Assembly: GCA_040757475.1 (NCBI GenBank)
Contig: JBFLWW010000007.1
Location: 26,277 to 67,233, forward strand
Length of the DNA: 40,957 bases
Direction of reading: 5' to 3'
Source: Nitrospirota bacterium
GTDB lineage: Bacteria > Nitrospirota > Thermodesulfovibrionia > Thermodesulfovibrionales > SM23-35
The position numbers were made by a program, and so were the translations under genes. The notes below the pieces were generated by a model. The model saw only the letters and a list, made by a program, of their open reading frames with translations, made no database searches and was not told the origin of the DNA. Positions 33,332 through 40,957 of this stretch are shown here, piece after piece. The stretch's first letter is position 1; every line of letters begins with the position of its first letter.

Positions 33332-34946
33332 ACCAGGATTACTCTCTTTTAAGAATTCAATTAATAAAGATGTTATCCTGAAGAGGCTCCCATTCATCAT
33401 CATAGGCATTATATTCTGGATCTTATTTTATATCGCTACTTATAAGGTCCTATCTTATGTAAGGGGCATTGAATTCTTTGGAGAACTCATTTCAAAAAAA
33501 CTCTTTTCAATGATATTTTTCAGTCTCACAGGATTCCTCATACTGAGTAATATCATCACTGCCATATCTTCATTTTATCTATCGAGAGACATCCCCTTTC
33601 TCCTTTCGATACCTGTTGAGATTAAAGATATCCTCAATCTTAAATCAGTCGAAACAATCATGAATTCATCATGGATGGTTATCTCTTTTATACCTCCAGT
33701 CTTTATCGCCTATGGTACTATCTATAAGGCACCTCTCAGCTATTACATATTTACTGCAGCCACATTCATCCCCTTTATCTTTATAACTGCTGGTACAGGT
33801 ATCCTCATTGCCCATGTCCTCACACGGCTGTTCCCTGCAAAAAGGGTCAGAGATGTTTTACTGGCAATCGGCCTTCTTCTTTTTCTCGGTTTATATTTTG
33901 TCCTGAGGTCAATCACACCTCTTGATACAGGGACGCCCGAGGGTTTCATAAGTTCTATTATGACATTCAGGATTAACTCGCACATCCTTCCAGGTTACTG
34001 GATTACTGAGGCCATCTTCCCGGTGCTTAAAAATAGAGATACAGACCTTTTTTATATAGCTATACTTTTGAGTAATGGTGCATTCCTATTCATGCTATCT
34101 GTCTTGATAGGGGAAAGGCTTTACAGGAGAAACCTTGAAAGGATTCAACCTGCAGGTAAGGGTTTTAATAAAGGATTGCTACAGGATTTTTATCCTAATT
34201 ATAAATCAGCCATACTCTGGAAGGACACAAAGATATTCTTCAGGGACACAGGCCAGTGGTCCCAGCTTTTCATAATAGGTGCCCTTATGATGGTCTATAT
34301 TTACAACTTTAAAACCATCCCTGTAAAGGCTATATCAGGGCTTTTGCCATATATTAAAGAACTCATGGTATTAATTAACATGGTTATGACTGGCCTTGTG
34401 CTTTCCGCCGTCTCTGCGAGGTTCCTTTATTCATCTGTAAGTCTCGAAGGTGAGGCATTCTGGATAATCAGAGCGTCCCCTGTGGTATTAAAAAAGTTTC
34501 TATGGAGTAAACTTCTCTACGGAAGCATACCGGTATCCGTAGTGATTGTAGCATTAGTGTTTATAACAAATATTGTTATGGATGTTACCGGCCTTCTGAT
34601 GTTTCTATCCGTTGGTACTGCATTGATGCTGTGTATCAGTATAAGTGGCCTTGGTACAGGTCTCGGTGCAATGTATCCTAAATTTAAATATGAGAATATT
34701 GCCTCTGTGTCCATGAATCTTGGAGGTATAGCATTCATGCTTATAGCCTTTACTGTTGTGCTCCTCACAGTATTACTTGAGGCATGGCCTGTATATCTCT
34801 ATCACAGAGCCACGCTTATCGGCCACAATATGAATATGTTAGAAAAGGTTCAGTCAGTTCTATGTGCAGGTTTGATCGTTATTATTAATGTGATAGCCTT
34901 TTATCTCCCGATGAGGATGGGGATAAAGAGATTAGAAAAGGATTAG
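33306..34946 (+). CDS. Putative ABC exporter permease
   Basis: Many TM segments, follows the ATPase, SLEGEAFWIIRASP motif. Confidence 0.8.
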   Translation: MNSSILLLRPGLLSFKNSINKDVILKRLPFIIIGIIFWILFYIATYKVLSYVRGIEFFGELISKKLFSMIFFSLTGFLILSNIITAISSFYLSRDIPFLLSIPVEIKDILNLKSVETIMNSSWMVISFIPPVFIAYGTIYKAPLSYYIFTAATFIPFIFITAGTGILIAHVLTRLFPAKRVRDVLLAIGLLLFLGLYFVLRSITPLDTGTPEGFISSIMTFRINSHILPGYWITEAIFPVLKNRDTDLFYIAILLSNGAFLFMLSVLIGERLYRRNLERIQPAGKGFNKGLLQDFYPNYKSAILWKDTKIFFRDTGQWSQLFIIGALMMVYIYNFKTIPVKAISGLLPYIKELMVLINMVMTGLVLSAVSARFLYSSVSLEGEAFWIIRASPVVLKKFLWSKLLYGSIPVSVVIVALVFITNIVMDVTGLLMFLSVGTALMLCISISGLGTGLGAMYPKFKYENIASVSMNLGGIAFMLIAFTVVLLTVLLEAWPVYLYHRATLIGHNMNMLEKVQSVLCAGLIVIINVIAFYLPMRMGIKRLEKD

Positions 34947-35233
34947 TTATTGCCATAAGGGCCATTATGGGGACAAATAACGCCTCTGGTAATAACATGG
35001 CACTGTATACCTGATAAAGAATGCAGGGGGAAATGGCATATCCAGATGATGAGATCAGGCCTTTTGTCTAACGGTATGCCTCTGCTAATCCTCTCGACAG
35101 TCCTCTTTTCACGATAACGGCAAATTGCTTCTTTTATTAAAAACTCAACATCCATATCTATTTTTAGAATAGGCTGGATGGAGGGAAAAAATCAAATTGC
35201 GACATATTGTCAAAAATAGCATAAAATACTTCT

Positions 35234-35933
35234 ATGGTAAATAAAGAAACAGTACTCTCATTTTTCATGGAAAAGACAAGGAAACCTCTGGATTTCAGGG
35301 AGATGGTTTCTCTCCTTAGGCTGAGCCATCCTGAGGCGAGGGCATTAAAGAGAATCCTCAGGGAGATGCTCCGTGATGGAGATCTTGTGCTCACAAGAAT
35401 ATGATTATTGAGGAGTTTATGATAGCAGCCAATGAGGCAGTTGCTGAGTATCTTAAAGGACTTGGGATACCGAGCCTCTAAGACGATATCCTGACCTTGT
35501 TGTGCATCGGATATTAAGGGAGGTATTGAATAAAAAACAACTGCCAGATAAACGAATTCAGGAGCTTGAAAGACTCCTTCCAGACATTTCCTTCAATTCC
35601 TCGCACATGGAGCGCCTTGCTGATGATGTAGAATACGAGGTCATAGATGCAATGAGGGTATGGTTTATGAAGGACAAGGTTGGAGATGAATTTGATGGGA
35701 AAATTGTGGGTATTACTCCTTATGGGATAAAAGTCAGGTTAAAGGACTTTTATGTAGAGGGGTTTCTCCATGTCTCATATATGACAGACGACTTCTACCA
35801 GTACAATGAACGGACATTGAGCCTTGTTGGAAGACACACAAGACGTTCATTTATAATAGGGAAAGAGTTAAAGGTAAGAATAGACAGGGTTGATATGGAA
35901 GAGATGGAGATAATCTTAGGGATAAGTGATTAG
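35234..35933 (+). pseudogene. rnr: Ribonuclease R reduced to three fragments
   Basis: N-terminal HTH-like piece 35234-35404; RNB piece MIIEEFMIAANEAVA 35401-35481; RRYPDLVVHR plus S1 domain 35481-35933. Confidence 0.9.
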
Positions 35934-35952
35934 GTATAAAAAGGAGGGAAAA

Positions 35953-37041
35953 GTGAGCCAGAGAATGAAGATAGCTGTTAATATTGGTGGTGGGGATGCT
36001 CCGGGGCTTAATGCAGTCATCCGGGGTATTGTCCTTGCTGCCTATCAGAAAGGATGGGAGGTTCACGGCATAAAATACGGTTACCAGGGGCTTATTGATA
36101 CAAAACAGATTGTCCGTTTACTTCCGGAGTCTGTCTGGGATATCACGAATATTGGAGGTACAATCCTCGGCACGGCAAGCAAGGGGGACCCGTTCAGATA
36201 CCCAATGAAAGGCCCTGATGGAAATGTGGTCGAGACTGATATTTCAGACATGGTGGTTTCGAACTTCAAGGCGATTGGGTTTGATGCATTAATCGCTATA
36301 GGTGGTGACGGCAGCCTGCGCATTGCAAGTAAGTTCATGAAGAAAGGGATACCTGTTATCGGAGTCCCAAAGACTATAGACAATGACATCAGTGCAACAG
36401 TCTTAACATTTGGGTTCGATACAGCGGTCAACACAGCTACTGATGCGATAGATAAGCTTCATACCACTGCCAGATCACATGACAGGGTCATGGTTGTTGA
36501 GGTGATGGGCAGGTATGCAGGCTGGATAGCATTGAATTCAGGGGTGTCAGGGTCAGCCGATGTTATCCTGATACCAGAAATCCCCTTTGATATTGAAAAG
36601 GTATGTAACAAAATCAGACAGCTTGAACCCATGGGTCAGAATTACGCCATCGTGGTTGTGGCTGAAGGTGCAAAACCTGTTGGTGGAGATATAACTATAA
36701 TTGAAAAAAAGCTAGGCCAGGAAGTCAGACTTGGTGGGATTGCTAAAAAGGTAGCAGATGAAATTGAGGATAGGACAGGGAAGGAGACAAGGTCTCTGGT
36801 CCTCGGTCACCTCCAGAGGGGAGGAGCCCCCACTACCTTTGATAGGCTCCTCTCACTGAGATTCGGTGCAGCTGCAATAAGGTTTATCGAAGAAGGAAAA
36901 TTCGGGACCATGGTAGCGCTTCATCCGCCTGAGGTGCGTGCAGTTCCTCTCGATGAGGCAATCGGCCGGATGAAATCTGTGCCTCTGGACTGCGACACCA
37001 TTCAGACAGCAAGGTCTCTCGGCATCAGTTTTGGGGATTAG
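35953..37041 (+). CDS. pfkA: 6-phosphofructokinase (GGDG + PKTIDND type, probably ATP-dependent)
   Basis: GGDAPGLN, GGTILG, GGDGS, PKTIDND, EVMGR, LGHLQRGG; SD AAGGAGG before GTG 35953. Confidence 0.93.
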   Translation: MSQRMKIAVNIGGGDAPGLNAVIRGIVLAAYQKGWEVHGIKYGYQGLIDTKQIVRLLPESVWDITNIGGTILGTASKGDPFRYPMKGPDGNVVETDISDMVVSNFKAIGFDALIAIGGDGSLRIASKFMKKGIPVIGVPKTIDNDISATVLTFGFDTAVNTATDAIDKLHTTARSHDRVMVVEVMGRYAGWIALNSGVSGSADVILIPEIPFDIEKVCNKIRQLEPMGQNYAIVVVAEGAKPVGGDITIIEKKLGQEVRLGGIAKKVADEIEDRTGKETRSLVLGHLQRGGAPTTFDRLLSLRFGAAAIRFIEEGKFGTMVALHPPEVRAVPLDEAIGRMKSVPLDCDTIQTARSLGISFGD

Positions 37042-37044
37042 GGG

Positions 37045-37973
<929 letters not shown>

Positions 37974-38767
37974 TGTCCTTTGCTTCGTCACCCTCTGCAC
38001 TTATCTTCCTGTTTTTGAGGTCTTCGATTGCACGGTCTCTATTTCCTTTATAAAGGGGATCAAGCTCTATTGCACGCGCAATCGCTATGGATGCATCGCC
38101 GTATTTACCTTTAGCATTATAACAGAGGGCAAGCCCATAATAGGGTAGAACAAACTCAGGAACTCGTTTAATAGCCTCCCTGTATGCATCTATTGCATCA
38201 TCGTATCTTCCGAGTCTGTAATATATACGACCCAGATTATTGAGGGCCTTTTCTGCAGTCTGATACAGGGGATTAGCAAGCGCAGTTTTATAAGATTTAA
38301 TAGCATCTTTAACCATGCCTGTTTTTTCATAAGCATATCCGAGGTTGTTATGTGCATCAGAGAAATCTGCATCTATACTGATTGCCCTTTCAAAAAATTC
38401 TATAGCCTTTGGGATGTCCTCAAGATTAAGGAGATAAATTACACCAATCGCATTCAGGACTTCCTTATCATTAGGGTTAAATTCAAGGGCCTTTTGAAAT
38501 TCTACATATGCTGCTTGGATTTTGTTATTGTTGTAATAGGAAATACCCAGTTTGTAATGGGCACTGGCCCTCTGAACATTCTCTCCTGTCTTAGAGGTTG
38601 CGCAGGAACTTAAAAAAGCTGTAAGTAATAGAAATAGAATAAGAAGATATTTTCTCATTTTTAAAAATTATCAGAAACTGACAGGTAAGTAAAGAGAAAA
38701 TTCGGTTGCCCAAATCGTCCCTTTTAGTGCACAATAAACAATCTGTTTCGAGGAAAAGGAGGGGGTC

Positions 38768-39685
38768 TTGCCTGTCAAGGTAGGTGTAGTTGGAGTTGGC
38801 TATCTGGGCCAGCATCATGTCAGGCTCTATTCTGAGATTGAAGACACAGAGCTTACGGCTATTGTTGACATCGATGAAAAGAGGGCTGATGCGTTTGCAG
38901 AGAAATATGGATGTGAGGCATATTCTGACTACAGAGAGATTCTCGATAAGGTTGATGCCCTGAGTATTGTAACACCTACAACATCTCACTATAATATTGC
39001 CCTCGATTGCCTCAGGGCAGGGAAGGACATACTTATAGAGAAGCCAATAACAGTGAATGTCGAAGAGGCTGATGAGCTTATCAGAGAGTCAGAAAAGAGG
39101 GGCTGCATCTTACAGGTAGGCCATCTTGAGAGATATAATCCGGCTGTGCTAACTGCCTCTGAGATGGTAAAAGAACCGAGGTTCATCGAGGCAGAGAGAC
39201 TTTCACCATTCTTAGGAAGGGGAATTGATGTTGATGTTACACTCGATCTCATGATTCATGATATAGACATAATACTGAGTCTTATATCTTCGCCTGTCAA
39301 AGAGATAAGGGCAGTAGGGGCAGAGGTCTTGACTTCTAAGATTGATGTTGCAAAGGCATGGCTTGAGTTCGAAAATGGCTGCATAGCCCTTATTACAGCA
39401 AGCCGTTTATCACCCGAAAAACAGAGGAGGCTTAAGGTCTTTCAAAAAGACTCTTATATATCCATTGATTTTCAGAGCTATGAGGTAAGGTGTTATTTCA
39501 GAACAGGAGATGATATATCGTTCGATGTCATAAAGCCTGAACATAAAGAACCACTGAGAGAAGAATTGAGGGATTTCATTAATTGTGTGAAGGAAAGAAA
39601 AAGACCAAAGGTCTCTGCTACTGAAGGAAGGAATGCACTTAAGATAGTCTTGAAGATAACAAATAAAATTAAAAATGCAAAATGA
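38768..39685 (+). CDS. Gfo/Idh/MocA oxidoreductase, GnnA-like UDP-GlcNAc 3-dehydrogenase
   Basis: GVGYLG, IEKP, GHLERYNP, DLMIHDID; upstream of an aminotransferase and lpxB. Confidence 0.85.
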   Translation: MPVKVGVVGVGYLGQHHVRLYSEIEDTELTAIVDIDEKRADAFAEKYGCEAYSDYREILDKVDALSIVTPTTSHYNIALDCLRAGKDILIEKPITVNVEEADELIRESEKRGCILQVGHLERYNPAVLTASEMVKEPRFIEAERLSPFLGRGIDVDVTLDLMIHDIDIILSLISSPVKEIRAVGAEVLTSKIDVAKAWLEFENGCIALITASRLSPEKQRRLKVFQKDSYISIDFQSYEVRCYFRTGDDISFDVIKPEHKEPLREELRDFINCVKERKRPKVSATEGRNALKIVLKITNKIKNAK

Positions 39686-39735
39686 AAAATGCAAAATTAT
39701 GGAATTCATTAATTTTAAATTTTAAATTTTGAATT
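39665..39735. repeat. Inverted pair of AT-rich 7-bp arrays containing the oxidoreductase stop codon
   Basis: AAAATTA AAAATGC AAAATGA AAAATGC AAAATTA ... TTAATTT TAAATTT TAAATTT TGAATT. Confidence 0.75.
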
Positions 39736-39754
39736 CTCACGGACGGAGTGAGTT

Positions 39755-40846
39755 ATGGTTCCAATGGTTGATCTTAAAAAACAGTTTAAAGATATCAGGG
39801 AAGAGGTCATCGAGGTTGTGACAGAGATTCTGGAGAGTTCACAGTATGTACTCGGGCCGAAGGTCTCTGAGTTCGAGAAGAAGATAGCAGATTATCACGG
39901 TGTCCGGGAGGCGATAGGTGTTGCATCAGGTACGGATGCCCTTCATCTATCAATTGATGCACTCGGTATCAGCGAAGGTGATGAGGTTATCACAACACCA
40001 TTTACATTCTTTGCTACTGTTGAGGCGATTCTTTATACAGGTGCCGCACCTGTGTTTGTTGATATTGAGCCTGACACATTGAATATAGATGTAAGCCAGA
40101 TAGAGTCAAAGATAACAGAAAAGATAAAGGCTATTCTGCCTGTCCACCTATTCGGCCATATGGCTGATATGGAAAGGATATTGGATATAGCAAAGAGGTA
40201 TGGTCTGAAGGTAATCGAGGATTGTGCCCAGTCTTTTGGTGCTCGGTTGAATGATAAAAAGGCTGGAAGCTTTGGAGATGCTGGATGTTTCAGTTTTTAT
40301 CCGAGCAAAAACTTAGGTGGATACGGGGATGGGGGTATGATAATCCTTAACGACTCGATGGTGGCTGATACAATAAGAAAATTAAGAAACCACGGCTCCA
40401 GGGGTTCATACAGACATGAGAACGTTGGTTTTAACAGCAGGCTGGATGAGATACAGGCAGGCATCCTTCTTGTGAAGTTCAAGCGTATAGATGAATACAA
40501 CAGAAAGAGGAGGCAGAATGCAGCACTTTACAATGAGCTCCTTTCAGGTAAAGTAAAATGCCCTGTTGAAAAGAATGGTGCATATCATGTCTTTCACCAA
40601 TATACAATTATGAGTGAGAGAAGGGATGAGATACAGAAAAGGCTGAAGGAGAACGGCGTATCATCAGTTATTTATTATCCAGTACCACTCCACATGCAGG
40701 ATGCACTGAAATTTTTAGGTTATAAAGAAGGGGCTTTCCCTGTTGCTGAAAAGGTAGCCCGAAAAGTCCTTTCATTACCTATATATCCTGAACTTGAGGA
40801 ATCAGTGATAATAAGGATAGCAGAGATAATCAGGGATGTTGTGTGA
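39755..40846 (+). CDS. DegT/DnrJ PLP aminotransferase, GnnB-like
   Basis: ASGTDAL, EDCAQ, SFYPSKNLGGYGDGG, GFNSRLDEIQA, LSLP. Confidence 0.9.
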   Translation: MVPMVDLKKQFKDIREEVIEVVTEILESSQYVLGPKVSEFEKKIADYHGVREAIGVASGTDALHLSIDALGISEGDEVITTPFTFFATVEAILYTGAAPVFVDIEPDTLNIDVSQIESKITEKIKAILPVHLFGHMADMERILDIAKRYGLKVIEDCAQSFGARLNDKKAGSFGDAGCFSFYPSKNLGGYGDGGMIILNDSMVADTIRKLRNHGSRGSYRHENVGFNSRLDEIQAGILLVKFKRIDEYNRKRRQNAALYNELLSGKVKCPVEKNGAYHVFHQYTIMSERRDEIQKRLKENGVSSVIYYPVPLHMQDALKFLGYKEGAFPVAEKVARKVLSLPIYPELEESVIIRIAEIIRDVV

Positions 40847-40849
40847 TTG

Positions 40850-40957
40850 ATGAATACTGTGATGATAGTTACTGGTGAAAGCTCGGGTGAATTATATGGC
40901 TCACTCCTTGCAAAAGAACTGAAAAGCAAATGGCCTGAACTTCGAATCCTTGGTGTT
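40850..40957 (+). CDS. lpxB: Lipid-A-disaccharide synthase, N-terminal part cut by the window end (missing from the ORF track)
   Basis: MNTVMIVTGESSGELYGSLLAKELK...ILGV matches the LpxB start (GExSGD/E). Confidence 0.85.
   Translation, partial: MNTVMIVTGESSGELYGSLLAKELKSKWPELRILGV

Overview
Core chromosomal window around the likely replication origin of a bacterium. Gene order and protein style suggest Nitrospirota (Thermodesulfovibrio-like), which is an inference. It contains rtcA, tRNA-Phe, lnt, frameshifted prfB, oriC-dnaA-dnaN-gyrB-gyrA, a DRG-like GTPase, an HspR/HAIR-controlled dnaJ-hspR-clpB-hsp20 operon, truA, hisD-hisG-hisC, purF, a radical SAM gene, tRNA-Arg, a transglutaminase plus ABC module, pfkA, tRNA-Pro and gnnA-gnnB-lpxB. 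I see no phage, transposase, CRISPR array or defence island. Three layers are not explained by ordinary annotation. (1) At least nine arrays of degenerate 7-bp tandem repeats occur, as inverted pairs at gene boundaries and as single stop-free arms in frame inside truA, hisC and a transglutaminase. (2) Several genes are shredded by deletions (rnr, selA, a probable rsmG sliver), and three ORFs run without their own stop into tRNA genes or a remnant. (3) A ~135-bp nested palindrome is flanked by 8-bp direct repeats. Several genes also look leaderless. All calls come from reading the sequence and recalling motifs; no searches were run.
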